A stretch of 64,000 bases of DNA from Bacillota bacterium (GCA_023460235.1 JAEWRE010000083.1:3012-67011); one strand, 5' to 3'. Counted from the stretch's first letter, positions 1-12,500 are shown. Program-made: numbers and translations. The notes: generated by a model from the sequence alone, not told the origin.

Positions 1-108
1 AATTAGAGAAAATACAATACATATTTGATGATATATCCTAATTTATCAAAAGTTAATATTTTAATTGAAAAAAAGTACAATTTAGTATATAATTAGATAT
101 GTCAAAGA

Positions 109-885
109 TTGGAATATGATTTTATGTTAAATGCTTATGAAAGAATAGATGATTTAGGTATAAATGATTTAAAACTTATACAAAATAAAAACTTTTTTTG
201 CTTTGGTACTGATAGTGTATTACTTGCAAATTTTGTTTCTTCAAATAATAAAAAAAATGTTATAATGGATCTTTGTAGCGGTAGTGGTGTAATACCTATT
301 ATTTTGTCTGCAAAGAAAGAATATAGCAAAATATTTGGTGTTGAATTACAAGATGAAATGTTTGATTTATTGAACAGAAATATTGAACTAAATGATTTAA
401 AAGAAAAAATAATACCAATACAAAGTGATATAAAAGATGTTAAATATATAAGAGAAAAAATAGAAGATAATGTTAAAAGAAATAGTGTTGATATTATTGT
501 ATGTAATCCACCATATAAAACCACAGGTACAGGTGTGTTGAGTGATGGAAAAGTAAAATATATTGCAAGACATGAAGTAATGTGCAATTTAGAAGATGTG
601 TTCATTACAAGTTCAAAGCTATTAAATAGCAAGGGTAAGTTATACTTAGTACATAAACCAGATAGACTTTCTGACTTAATAAGTATTGCTAGAAAATATA
701 GGCTAGAGCCTAAGCAAATAAGGTTTGTTTATCCAAAAATTGAATCTAAACCTAGCATAGTGTTAATTGAATATGTTAGAAATGGTGGTAATGAAGTAAA
801 AATATTAGAACCACTAATTGAATATGATAGTGATGGAAACTATACGGATGAAATATATAAAATATATGGAATTAATAAAAATTAA
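109..885 (+). CDS. SAM-dependent methyltransferase, tRNA1(Val) (adenine37-N6)-methyltransferase-like (TrmN6/YfiC type)
   Basis: 258-aa ORF (TTG 109; in-frame ATG at 124 is an alternative start). Has SAM-binding 'VMDLCSGSGVIPI' and catalytic 'CNPPYK' (NPPY) motifs. Sits just upstream of rsmI, as in many Firmicutes. Confidence 0.8.
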   Translation: MEYDFMLNAYERIDDLGINDLKLIQNKNFFCFGTDSVLLANFVSSNNKKNVIMDLCSGSGVIPIILSAKKEYSKIFGVELQDEMFDLLNRNIELNDLKEKIIPIQSDIKDVKYIREKIEDNVKRNSVDIIVCNPPYKTTGTGVLSDGKVKYIARHEVMCNLEDVFITSSKLLNSKGKLYLVHKPDRLSDLISIARKYRLEPKQIRFVYPKIESKPSIVLIEYVRNGGNEVKILEPLIEYDSDGNYTDEIYKIYGINKN

Positions 886-902
886 TAGTTATGGAGAATG
901 TT

Positions 903-1826
903 ATGAAAGAAAAAATTAAGAAAATACTAAAAAGGGTTTTGTTTGGGATAATAATTATAGCTTTTATTATAGCTCTAGCCTTTGGAATGCATACAGCATA
1001 TAAATACTATAATGGTGTAAATTTAACACAATTAAGTCCACAAACCAAAAGCCAAATGATGGGATATATTATTAAGACTAAAACTGGTAAGGTAATTGTA
1101 GTTGATGGGGGTACTCCAGGTGATGGAGAAAACTTAAGAAAATATATAAGAAAATATGGTAATAAAGTTGATGCTTGGTTTTTAACTCATCCACATAGAG
1201 ATCATGTAGGAGCATTTATAGATACTGTAAATAAAGATTCTGATATTAAGATAAAAAAAATATATAAATCAATGGATACTATTGATGAAATAGAAAAATA
1301 TCAAAGTGAAAGAGAAAATGATGCAAAAGATTTATTTACAGCTTTTGATAATACTAATGTAAAAGACAACATAGAGGAAGTAACACTTGGAGAAAATATA
1401 CAAATAGATAATGTTAGTGTTGAAGTACTAGGAGTAAAGAATCCAGAAATAACTAACAATTATGGTAATAATTCAAGTATGGTACTAAAAGTTCATGTTA
1501 ACAATAAATCAATACTATTTTTAGGTGATACTGGACTTGAAAGTGGAAATAAATTAATTAGTATGTATCCTAAAGAAAAACTTAAAAGTGATATAGTTCA
1601 AATGGCACATCATGGTCAAGCTGGTGCAAGTGAAAAACTTTATGAAGTGATTGATCCAAAAATCGCTCTTTGGCCAACACCTGAATGGCTATGGGATGAT
1701 GATACAGGTGAAGGTACTGGAAGTGGAAATTGGAAAACTTTAGATACTAGGGCTTGGATGGATAACATTGGTGTCAAAAAAAATTATGTTGCAAAAGACG
1801 GAGATATAACAATTAGAGTTTGGTAA
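903..1826 (+). CDS. membrane-anchored MBL-fold metallo-hydrolase
   Basis: ORF 891-1826. GGAG at 893-896 favours ATG 903. N-terminal TM helix (VLFGIIIIAFIIALAF). Metallo-beta-lactamase motif 'THPHRDHVGA' and distal 'MAHHG'. Confidence 0.75.
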   Translation: MKEKIKKILKRVLFGIIIIAFIIALAFGMHTAYKYYNGVNLTQLSPQTKSQMMGYIIKTKTGKVIVVDGGTPGDGENLRKYIRKYGNKVDAWFLTHPHRDHVGAFIDTVNKDSDIKIKKIYKSMDTIDEIEKYQSERENDAKDLFTAFDNTNVKDNIEEVTLGENIQIDNVSVEVLGVKNPEITNNYGNNSSMVLKVHVNNKSILFLGDTGLESGNKLISMYPKEKLKSDIVQMAHHGQAGASEKLYEVIDPKIALWPTPEWLWDDDTGEGTGSGNWKTLDTRAWMDNIGVKKNYVAKDGDITIRVW

Positions 1827-1839
1827 TTGGAGGAAGAAA

Positions 1840-2718
1840 GTGAAAAAAACTAATTTAGAAAACGATAGTGGCAAGGGGATTTTGTATATTGTTGGAACAC
1901 CAATTGGTAATTTAGGTGATATTACATATAGAGCAGTAGAGATATTAAAAAATGTTGATATTATACTTGCAGAAGATACAAGACAAACATTAAAATTACT
2001 TAATTACTTAAATATAGAAAAATCAATGATAAGTTATCATAGACACAATGAAGATGATAAAATAGAAAAAGTACTTAGTCTTTTAAATGAACAAAAAAAT
2101 GTGGCTTTAGTTTCAGATGCGGGTATGCCTATTATTTCTGATCCAGGTCAAAGTTTAGTTAAGGCTTTAATTAATAACGATTACAAAATTGAGGTTATAC
2201 CTGGTGTTACTGCTCTTACTACTGCAATTGTTAAAAGTGGAATGGACAGTACTAGATTTACCTTTGAAGGGTTTCTTTCAATAAACAAAAAGCAAAGAAA
2301 AGCAAGACTTGAAGAATTAAAGCTAGAAGTAAGAACCATGATATTTTACGAGGCTCCTCATAAAATAGTTTATACTCTAAAAGATATGTTAGAATATTTT
2401 GGAAACAGAAACATATGTATTGCAAGAGAATTAACAAAGTTTTATGAAGAATTTAGATATGTTACAATTGAAGATGCTATTAAAAAAATAGAAGAAGATG
2501 GAATAAAAGGCGAAATCGTACTTATAGTTGAAGGTAAAAATGAAGAAGATATAGCTCAAGAAAAACTCGAACAAATTAATAATATTAGTATTTTAGATAT
2601 GGTAAAAGATGAGATAAAAAAAGGGACTAGTAAAAAAGATGCAATAAAAAAAGTTGCTAAACTAAGAGGAATAAACAAAAACGAAGTATATAAAGAATGT
2701 TTGGACTTAGATGTTTAA
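1840..2718 (+). CDS. rsmI: 16S rRNA (cytidine1402-2'-O)-methyltransferase
   Basis: 292-aa ORF with GTG start. Tetrapyrrole-methylase-fold motifs 'LYIVGTPIGNLGDIT', 'ILAEDTR', 'SDAGMPIISDPG' and 'FYEAPHK' are typical of RsmI. Confidence 0.9.
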   Translation: MKKTNLENDSGKGILYIVGTPIGNLGDITYRAVEILKNVDIILAEDTRQTLKLLNYLNIEKSMISYHRHNEDDKIEKVLSLLNEQKNVALVSDAGMPIISDPGQSLVKALINNDYKIEVIPGVTALTTAIVKSGMDSTRFTFEGFLSINKKQRKARLEELKLEVRTMIFYEAPHKIVYTLKDMLEYFGNRNICIARELTKFYEEFRYVTIEDAIKKIEEDGIKGEIVLIVEGKNEEDIAQEKLEQINNISILDMVKDEIKKGTSKKDAIKKVAKLRGINKNEVYKECLDLDV

Positions 2719-2732
2719 AATAGAGGAGAAAT

Positions 2733-3357
2733 ATGAAAGAACAAGAACTTATAAGATTAAACAATATGTTAGAAATTGAAAGAAGTCTATATGAAAAAGG
2801 ATACAACTTTGTATGCGGAGTAGATGAAGCAGGTCGTGGACCTCTTTGTGGACCAGTTGTTGCAGCAGCAGTTATCCTTCGGTAAAGGAATGTGTTTAGA
2901 AGGAATAAATGATTCTAAGAAGTTAAGTGAGAAAAAAAGAGAACAGTTATATGATGTTATAATGGAAAACGCCGTTGCAGTTGGTGTTGGCATGAGTGAT
3001 GTGGATATAATTGAAGAAGTTAATATCCTAAATGCTACTAAACTTGCAATGAAGCAAGCAATTGAAAATCTTAATATAAGACCTGATTATGTTTTAATAG
3101 ATGGAAATCAAATGATAAATATTGATATAAGTGGTGAGACTGTGGTGTCAGGTGATGCTAAATCTGAATCTATTGCTGCTGCATCTATAATTGCAAAAGT
3201 AACAAGAGATAGATTACTTTTAACTTTTGATAAACTTTATCCGGAATATGGACTTGCAAAGCACAAGGGATATGGTACAAAGGTACATGTTGAAGCCATA
3301 AAACAACATGGACTTACACCAATTCATAGAAAAAGTTTTTGTACAAAATTTGTTTAA
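2733..3357 (+). pseudogene. rnhB: ribonuclease HII, interrupted by a +1 frameshift near 2878-2881
   Basis: GAGGAG RBS, then ATG 2733 encoding '...[21 protein letters not shown]', stopping at TAA 2883-2885. The remainder ('GINDSKKLSEKKRE...', 'DGN', 'SIAAASIIAKVTRD', 'KGYGT..H') runs in the +1 frame from 2881 to 3357. Confidence 0.8.
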
Positions 3358-3443
3358 AAATAACTATTATTAAGTTAAATATTTAATTTTATTGAAAATG
3401 TAGTAATAATGTAGTAAAATATATAGTATATAAGGAGAAATTT

Positions 3444-4901
3444 ATGGAGTTAAAAGAAGATGTTGTATTAGATAAAAACAATTTAAATAGTAGATTAGCA
3501 AGACTTTTTAGTGTAAGGATTGAAGATATTGTTAATACTGATAGTGATCTTGGGAAAAATCTATATTATAAAGAAAGAGCCGATAGAGAAATTTTAAAAG
3601 TATATGAAAAAAATGGAAGGAATTTTCAAAGGGAACTAATAGATAATGTTAATGACTCTAATTTCATTGATGATCTAAAAGAAGAGCTTTTAAAAACCAA
3701 AGAACAAAAAAAATCTGAAAGAACTCGTGATGAAAGTAAACAAAAAGTTGACAAAAAAGTAAAAGAATTACAAAAGGAAGGATTAGATATTGATAATGCT
3801 GAAGAGGAAAACATTATTGATGATATAAATAATGGTGAGATTGAACTTACAGATGAAGAAATTGAAAAGGCTGTAATTAAGGCTGCTTACTCAAAAGTAT
3901 ATGATGAATATTCTAAGTATAGACAAAACCTTTACTATGGTCAAAATGGTCAAGTTGTAAATGGAGATTTAGATGTAGGATATAAACAAGGAATGAAAAT
4001 AGTTCTTTATGAAAATCATTTAAGAAAACTAGATCTTGGTTATAGAGCTAAATATGGTGTGTTTATAGCACAAGACCATGAAGATATAGCAAAAAAAGAA
4101 AATGAACATTCATATAAGTCAGCAAAAGCAGAAAAAAGTATAAATTACAAAGTTGACCAAGGTCTTGATAGAATAACAATATTAAATGATGAGATAGAGT
4201 CTATAATAGAAGAAATGTCTAACCTTTCTGATAAGGCAGAAAATACAAAATCTGATTCATTTAAAGACAAAATGGATAAACTTCAAAGTGAGTATATTGA
4301 TAAAACTTGTGAATTAACTGAACTTAAACCAAGTGCATTGGAATTACACGAGCAAGTAGAAAATTACGATGAACAAGAATTATTTAAAGAAAGAGTTATG
4401 GGGAAAAATTATGATAAAAAACATAATAGAGCTGTAATTAATACCAAAACACTTAACAAAAATAGGGGAAATAATAAATTTAAGGATGAACTTGCAGATC
4501 AGACAATTGATGAAGTGCATGGTAATATGGACTATAGTTTGGATGAAGCAGAACAAATTCTTAAAACTGCAGATGAACTTATAACTGGTAATCCTACAAG
4601 AGATGATTTAACAAAGGCAACTGAGCTTACTGAATCAGCTAAAGCAATTGTTGGCATTTCTGGAGAAATTAAATTTGATGAGCAAAAAGAAAATTTAACT
4701 GAACAAAATAAAGAGATTTCCAAAGATGATGATGAACTAGAATCTCAAAAAGAAAAATCTGATTTTGTGAAATATTGTGAGGGTGCAGTACGAAGTGAAG
4801 AAGAAATTCTTGAAATAGATGTAAAAAGATTGAAAGAAGAAATAAAACTAACACGTGAAGAAATAACTAAAAAAAGAGAATCTATATCAAATATAAGATA
4901 A
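3444..4901 (+). CDS. hypothetical acidic, Lys/Glu-rich coiled-coil-type protein
   Basis: 485-aa ORF with AGGAGA RBS upstream. Highly charged, low-complexity composition. I recognise no family. Confidence 0.6.
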   Translation: MELKEDVVLDKNNLNSRLARLFSVRIEDIVNTDSDLGKNLYYKERADREILKVYEKNGRNFQRELIDNVNDSNFIDDLKEELLKTKEQKKSERTRDESKQKVDKKVKELQKEGLDIDNAEEENIIDDINNGEIELTDEEIEKAVIKAAYSKVYDEYSKYRQNLYYGQNGQVVNGDLDVGYKQGMKIVLYENHLRKLDLGYRAKYGVFIAQDHEDIAKKENEHSYKSAKAEKSINYKVDQGLDRITILNDEIESIIEEMSNLSDKAENTKSDSFKDKMDKLQSEYIDKTCELTELKPSALELHEQVENYDEQELFKERVMGKNYDKKHNRAVINTKTLNKNRGNNKFKDELADQTIDEVHGNMDYSLDEAEQILKTADELITGNPTRDDLTKATELTESAKAIVGISGEIKFDEQKENLTEQNKEISKDDDELESQKEKSDFVKYCEGAVRSEEEILEIDVKRLKEEIKLTREEITKKRESISNIR

Positions 4902-4958
4902 AATTGTATGATAATTGTTAAGTTATAAGTTATATATAATAAGAAAGAGGGAGATAGT

Positions 4959-5906
4959 ATGGGTTTAGTAACAACCAAAGAAATGTTTGAGAAAGCTGCA
5001 AAAGGAGGATATGCAATAGGTGCTTTTAATGTAAATAACATGGAAATTATTCAAGGAATAGTTGAGGCTGCAAATGAAGCAAATTCACCAGTTATATTAC
5101 AAGTATCAGCAGGAGCAAGAAAATATGCAAATCCTATTTATTTAAAGAAATTAGTTGAAGCAGCAATTGAATGTAATAAACTATCTGGTAAAGATTTACC
5201 AATTGTTTTACATTTAGATCATGGAGCAGATTTTGAAATTTGTAAAGATTGTATTGATAATGGATTTACATCTGTTATGATTGATGGTTCAAAATATGAT
5301 TTTGAAGAAAATGTAGAACTTACTAAAAAAGTAGTTGAATATGCTCATCCAAGAGGAGTAGTTGTAGAAGCTGAAATTGGAAAACTTGCTGGTGTTGAAG
5401 ATGATGTTAATGTTGCAGATGATGATGCTATGTATACAGATCCAGAACAAGCAGCAGAATTTGTAAAAAGAACTGGTTGTGATTCACTTGCAGTTGCAAT
5501 TGGAACAAGTCATGGTGCATACAAATTTAAAGGTGAACCAAAACTTAGATTTGATATATTAGAAAAAATATCTGAATTATTACCAGAAGGTTATCCAATA
5601 GTTTTACATGGTGCTTCTTCTGTACCACAAGAATTCGTTAAAATGTGTAATGAATATGGCGGAAATATACCAGGTGCTAAAGGTGTTCCAGAAGAATTAC
5701 TTAGAAAAGCAGCAACAATGTCTGTATGTAAAATAAATATTGATAGTGATATTCGTCTCGCAATGACTGCAAATATTCGTGAATGTTTTGTTAAAACACC
5801 AGAAGTATTTGATCCTAGAACATATTTAACACAAGCAAGAACAGCAGTAAAAGATATGGTTAAACATAAAATTATAGAAGTTCTTGGAAGTGAAAATAAA
5901 GCTTAA
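4959..5906 (+). CDS. fba: class II fructose-1,6-bisphosphate aldolase
   Basis: 315 aa. Motifs 'GAFNVNNME', 'LHLDHG', 'GTSHGAYKF' and 'IVLHGASSVP' are characteristic of class II FBP aldolase. GGGAG RBS. Confidence 0.93.
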   Translation: MGLVTTKEMFEKAAKGGYAIGAFNVNNMEIIQGIVEAANEANSPVILQVSAGARKYANPIYLKKLVEAAIECNKLSGKDLPIVLHLDHGADFEICKDCIDNGFTSVMIDGSKYDFEENVELTKKVVEYAHPRGVVVEAEIGKLAGVEDDVNVADDDAMYTDPEQAAEFVKRTGCDSLAVAIGTSHGAYKFKGEPKLRFDILEKISELLPEGYPIVLHGASSVPQEFVKMCNEYGGNIPGAKGVPEELLRKAATMSVCKINIDSDIRLAMTANIRECFVKTPEVFDPRTYLTQARTAVKDMVKHKIIEVLGSENKA

Positions 5907-5928
5907 TTGAAATAATATAGGTGATTTT

Positions 5929-6369
5929 ATGGAAGAAATAATTCAGAATAAAGATATTCAACCAACAATTAATGAAATTCTAAATAATATGAATGAGAGT
6001 ACAAAAGCAAATTATATTAATCTAATACAATTTTTAGAAGATATGTATAATGGAAATCCATTTATTGCATATAGTAGTTGTTCTGCTATGCCTGGTTGGA
6101 ATATAAAGTACAAAAAGGGAAGTAAATCCTTTGGTACTATATATCCAGATAGAGAATTTATTACTATGCTTTTAGTTGTAAATCAAGAATGTATAGATAA
6201 AATATTTGAAATGAAAGATAATTATACAAATTACTTTATTCAGCTAATTAACAAAAGTGGATCATTAAATGGTTCAAAATGGTTAATGGTTTGTATTGAT
6301 GATGAGGATATACTTGAAGATGTTAAAAGAACCTTAACTATAAAATACCCTATAAAAGTAAAAAATTAA
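5929..6369 (+). CDS. DUF3788-like protein
   Basis: 146 aa. The stretch 'MPGWNIKYKKGSKSFGTIYPDREFITMLLVV...GSKWLMVCIDDEDILEDVKR' matches my memory of the DUF3788 family pattern. A hairpin follows at about 6374-6404. Confidence 0.6.
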   Translation: MEEIIQNKDIQPTINEILNNMNESTKANYINLIQFLEDMYNGNPFIAYSSCSAMPGWNIKYKKGSKSFGTIYPDREFITMLLVVNQECIDKIFEMKDNYTNYFIQLINKSGSLNGSKWLMVCIDDEDILEDVKRTLTIKYPIKVKN

Positions 6370-6469
6370 TACAAAAGATGGAGTTAAAAGCTTCATCTTT
6401 TTGTTATGAGAAAACTGTAGAAAATTGTAAAAAACTTTTTGAAAAAATTGTCGAATAAAATCGAACAGG

Positions 6470-6498
6470 TTGAATAAACTTTTTTAAAAATATATACT
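6470..6498 (+). promoter_or_regulatory. candidate sigma-A promoter of the RHS toxin gene
   Basis: TTGAAT (6470-6475), 17-nt spacer, TATACT (6493-6498), about 50 nt upstream of ATG 6550. Confidence 0.4.
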
Positions 6499-6549
6499 TT
6501 ATTTAACTAAAATGTATAGGAATATTTTAGTATGGATATGGGGGTATAT

Positions 6550-9500
6550 ATGAATAAAAGGTTACTATCAAAATTATTTATTATTTTGACAGTTTTTTCT
6601 ATTGCTATTGCAGCAAAACCAATTAGTAATTTAATAATTTCTAATTACGTAATAGCAGAGACTATGTCAAATGAGCTTATTTTAAAAGACAGATCTTATG
6701 ATACAGCGCTAGTGTCATTTGAAGAAGTTGAATTAGATGACCAAATTGTAAGTTACAACGTATACAAGAATGATCAGCTTGTAACTAACGTAACTAGTTT
6801 AACAAACAAATATTATCAATTAACATCACTTGCAAATAATACAAACTATACTGTAAGATTTGATTTCCTTGATACAAGTAACAATGTTGTTTTGTCTAAA
6901 ACAATATATAACGTTAAAGTTGCAACAAGAATATCATCACCGACTGTAGATACAGTATATCCAAAGGATACGTATTATTTGAGTGGTTATACAGTACCGC
7001 AAGGAGTAACAGCTACATTTGAAGCTGGAAGTATACTTAAATTAGAAGCTACTTCTAACATTACTATAAATGGAAATTTTAATTTAAATGGGGATCTTAA
7101 TAATAAAGTAATAATTACTTCGAGATTTGATGACACAATATCAAATGTAGAAGATATAAATCATTGGGATAAAATATATGTTTTAAATGGTACTTTTACA
7201 TCTTTAAATACAGATATAAAGTTTGGTGGACATACAACAATTTATTCGAAACCATATGATTTTTCAATTCAATTTCTTTATTCAAAGCTTTACTTTGAAA
7301 ATACAAATGTTACTAATAATTTAAATGGATCAATTTCAGGATATTCTGGAGAATTAATAATTAAAAATTCTAATTTAAATGATTTAATAACTTTAGAAAA
7401 TTCTTCTTCGATTGAAATTTTAGATAGCAATATTTATAAATTCATTAGCAAATATGATCAATATAATAGCTTTGAAAATAAAATAGATTTACAGAGGAAT
7501 ATATTTTATGATGGTGTACAATATTTTCCAAACAAACTATCATCTTGTATCATTAAGGACAATAGTAGAATTACTACAAGCAATTCTACTATAGAAATTG
7601 ATTTTCAGGATGCAAATTACAAAATAATGGATAATATTTATAACAATAAGTCTTTAAATGAATATAATCCATATGGAGAAGTAAATATTAAAAATAATTT
7701 TTCTAATAATCCTGGAACTTTTAAATTTCCTAAAGCGATATACTATATTAGCGCATCAACAATATATATGAATACAAGTGTATATTTTGAAGCCGGAAGT
7801 CTTTTAAAATTGCAAAAGAACATATCTTTATATGCAAATGGTATTTTGAATATTGGTAATAATGGATTTGAAATAACTACTATTACTTCAATTGCTGATG
7901 ATGGAATTAATAATGTAGTCGAATCAGATTATTGGTATTTTATTGCTTCTTCACCTGGTGGTGAACTTAATATTGAAAACACTAATATAAAGTATGGAGG
8001 GAAAGGATACTATTATAATTCGTATGAGGCTGCTATATTAGGCGAATCGAGCATAAATTTAGATAATGTGAATATGAGCAATACCACAGTTAGAGGGGCA
8101 ATAAGACAATTAAGTGCAGATGATTTTATAATAAAAAATTGTAATATAGATAATAAAATAGAAGTTGACTCAGTTAAGAATATAGATATAGAAAACAGTA
8201 ATATTAATAATCTAAATATTCAATATCAATATACACCTATTACTCAAAATAATTCAAATATTATTGGAAATACATTTTATAATAATTTCACATATACACC
8301 TAATTTTTACTCAACTTGTATAATAACAAATAATAAAAGAATAACAACTACAAACTCAACTCTAAGTCTAGATTTAGGTAGAGCAAATGGAAATATAGTA
8401 TCTAATATATACAATAATAAAAGTGAAGTATATAATCCATATGGGGAAGTTAATATACAAAGTTTTCCGATAGATACACAAAATGAAATATTATTTCCTG
8501 AAGCTGTTTATTTTTGGTCTCAAAGTACTACATTATACAAAAATACGAATGTAAAATTTAGTGCAGGGAGTGTTTTAAAAGTTGATAAATCAGCTTATAT
8601 AGAAATAGAAGGTAGTCTGAAATTTGATGGAACGGGGAATGAAAATGTAATAATAACATCTATTGAAGATGATGGAATTAATGAAATTAATAATTCAAAT
8701 AAATGGGGTGGTATAGTTGTAAAATCAACAGGAAATTTAATAGCTAAAGAAACAATTTTAAAAAATGGTGGAGGGATTTATAGTTATCCAGTCATAACAA
8801 ATTCTGGATCAGTATTTTTAGAAAATACTAGCATAATTAAAAGTACATCGTCATCTTTGTATGGTAGTGGAAATGAAATTTATATAAATAATTCGAATTT
8901 TGATAATAGAATTGAGTTAGGAGGAATTTATAATCTTAATATATTGAATAGTAAAATTGCTGATATTTCAGTAGCTTATGAAGGATATAGTTATAATATT
9001 CAAAATAATATAAACATCCAAAATAATATAGTAAATAATACAATTAATGTAATACCTAATATGTATTCAAATATGATTGTACAGAATAATACTTCAATTG
9101 GAAATGATTATCCAGTTAGTATAAAATATAATTATATTACTACAGAGCTATTATGGAATGTTCAAAATAATAATAATGAGGTAAACAAACTTTATGACGG
9201 AACATATATCAATGGAACAACATCAGAATCTCTAAAAATTAGGGAAAATAGTAAATATATAGTTAATAGTCTCTATGTACCTAGGGAATCATTATTAGAA
9301 ATAGGTGCAGGATCTATAATAAAATTTACAGAAAATGGTGGCTTAGGTGTAGAAGGTACACTTATAGTAAATGGCAAAAATGATAATGAAGTAACTATTA
9401 GTAGTACATCTGATCCAATCTTTGTTGGAAAAAGTAATTATAATTATTATGGAAGTGGAATTTACATTGATTATTATGGTACTGCTTTAATTAATAATAT

Positions 9501-12500
9501 GAATATGAGATATTGTGGAAATGATGTTGCCTGGCGTTCTGGTGCAATAACTACTAAAGGTAAATTAATATTATTAAATAGTAGTGTTACAAATTTACAA
9601 AGTTCTGTGCATGGTATTGTTTATTATTCAGGTTCTACTCAAAACATTATTAAGTACAACTATCTGGCTGGAAAACAAAATTCATATTATGGTTATCCAT
9701 TGGATTTATCATATAATTATTGGGGAAATGACTTGCCAAACACATCTACTGATAAAATAGTCACTTCACCTTCAAATAACACATTTATAAAAACTGATTT
9801 GTCATTTGATTCATTTTTATATGATGTTTTACCTTCTGAAAGACAGCACTTTGGCGAAAGTGGAATAAATGCATACTCAGGAAACTACTCAAAGACATAT
9901 GATGACTTACAAATCAATATACCAAACATTGATCTATCATTTACAAGAACATATAATTCAAAAGATAGTTCATCAAGTTTACTTGGTAGAGGTTGGACAT
10001 TTGGATTTACAGCAAAAGTAGAAATTCCATTATATGATGACAATACGGCATATGTATATTTGCCAAATGGTGGAGTAAATGTATTTAAAAAAAATTCAGA
10101 TGGAACATATTCAGGAACAAATACAAGAAATAATTTTGTAAAAAATGGAAGCGAATATATATTAACTTCAAAAGATCAAATTCAATATGTATTTGATTCA
10201 AATAAAAATTTATACAAGATAATTGATAAATATGGAAATGAAACAAACATTACAGTTGATTATTTGGGACAAGTTACTAGTATTGTAGATTATACTGGAA
10301 GAGCATATAGTATTGAGTACTCAAATAGTAAAATAACTAAAATAATAGATCCAATTGGCAGATATGTAACATATGAATATAATTCTGATGGATTACTATC
10401 ACAGGTAGTTAATTTAAATGGTAAATCAACATTATATGAATATGATGAAGACAAATACTTAACAAATATAAAGCAGACAGATGATAATGATGAAATTATT
10501 ACTTTAAACAATATTACATATACAGCAAAAGATTCTTCAAATAAAAAACGTATATCTACATATACTGATGAGTCTGGAAAAGTTGATACTTATTCATATA
10601 ACGAAAATAATTCTAGTACAAGCATTACAGATCAAAACAGTAGAGTTACTACTAAATATTTCGATGGTCAAGGATACCTAATTAGAACTGTTGAACCTAA
10701 TGGAAGCCAAAGTTTAATTGAATACAATTATATTGATAATACAAATAAATATGGTGAAGTAAGAAAGAAAACAGAAATAAGTGGTAAGACTACTACATAT
10801 ACAAGAGATACAAATGGAAATGTTATACTTGAGACAAACTCAGATAATAGCTCTAAAGTATATGAATATAACAATAAAAATAGTGTTACAAAGCAAGTGG
10901 ATGAAGAAGGAAATGTTACTTTATATGCATATGGAACTGATGGAGTTACTCTAACATCTAAGACATTACCAAATAATGCAACTAACACATACAGCTATTA
11001 TGCAACAGGCATTAAAGGACTTGTATCAAGTTCTACTGATGGTAATGGTAACATGACAAACTATGAGTATGATAATTATGGAAATCTAACTAAGAAAACT
11101 AATGCACTTCAAAATGTAGAAAGTTATTCATATAACAGTATTGGATGGTTAATGACTAAAACTACAGCTGAAGGTTATACAACAACATATGAATATGATA
11201 ATGTAGGTAATAATACAAAATTAACTGAAAATAGTGATATAGTAACAACAAATAGTTATAGCTATAACAATAAACTATTAAAGACTGTTGATGCAAATAG
11301 TAATAACTATATTAGTGAATATGATAAAGCAGGCAATTTATTAAAAATTACAGATCAAGTAGGAAATGTTACTTCATATCAGTATGACATATATAACAAC
11401 AGGATACGAGAAACAAAACCAAATGGAACTGTATATAAATATGAATATGATAATTTAAACAGAAACACTAAGAAATTAGTTGTAAATAATAATACAGATA
11501 ATTTACTTGAGAGTAAAGAATATAGTTATTTAAGTGGCAACACAACAGTTATATCAAAAGTGTACATTAATGCAACTGAATACGTTACAAATACAAAAGT
11601 ATATAACTATTTAGATAAAGTCTTAAGTGATAAAACAGAAGATGCAACTAAAAAATATACTTACTTTAAAAATGGTAATTTAGCAACAGAAGAAAATGAA
11701 ATAGGCGGGAGGATATATTATTATTATAATTCACTAAATAAATTATCTAGTAAGTATGAAGAGATAGATACAGATAAATACACAAGATATAACTATTCAT
11801 ATGATAATGAAGGAAATATATTAAAAGAAGAAATATCAAATCAAATGGTAGCTTTAAATGCAAATCCAACATCATATACAATATCAAATTATACTTATGA
11901 TAGTGTAGGTAATAAAATAACTAAAACAACTTCTTCAGGTGAAGATATTAAATACACATACAACAAAGATAATAAAGCTATAAAGGAAGAAGTAAAGATA
12001 AAAGATGGAAAATATAAAACTACAGAATATGAGTATAACTATGCGGGAAAAATTACTTTAAAGAAAGAATATATAAACAATAGTTCTTTAATAGACAATT
12101 CACTTAGTGATACAGGTATTACTACTTTAAACACTTCATATGAGTATGACAATATGAATAATGTAGTAAGAGAAATATTACCAAATGGAGATTCAAATAA
12201 TTATGAATATGATAAGATAAACAGAAAAGTAAAAACAGTACTTTCATCTGAAGAGAGTAATATAATAACTGAAGAGAATTCATACTACTTTGATGATAAA
12301 GAAAATTTAACATCAAAAAAAGATGCAAATGGTAATACAACAACTTATGAGTATGACATATATGGTAATATAGTAAAAGCAATAAAACCAAATACAGCTG
12401 TAACAAATTATGAGTATGATTTATTAGGTAGAGTAACAAAAGAAATAGAACCAAATCACAGTGAAACATCTCAAAGCTATATAACTTATTCATATGATAA

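Noticed and set aside
135-632. 165-aa ORF on the - strand inside the methyltransferase gene. Similar antisense ORFs occur at 2787-2993, 32083-32589, 51384-51857, 53148-53480 and elsewhere.
   Set aside because: These are typical AT-rich antisense open frames with Leu/Ile/Phe/Ser-biased low-complexity products and no RBS. Each is fully contained in a gene with clear family motifs.
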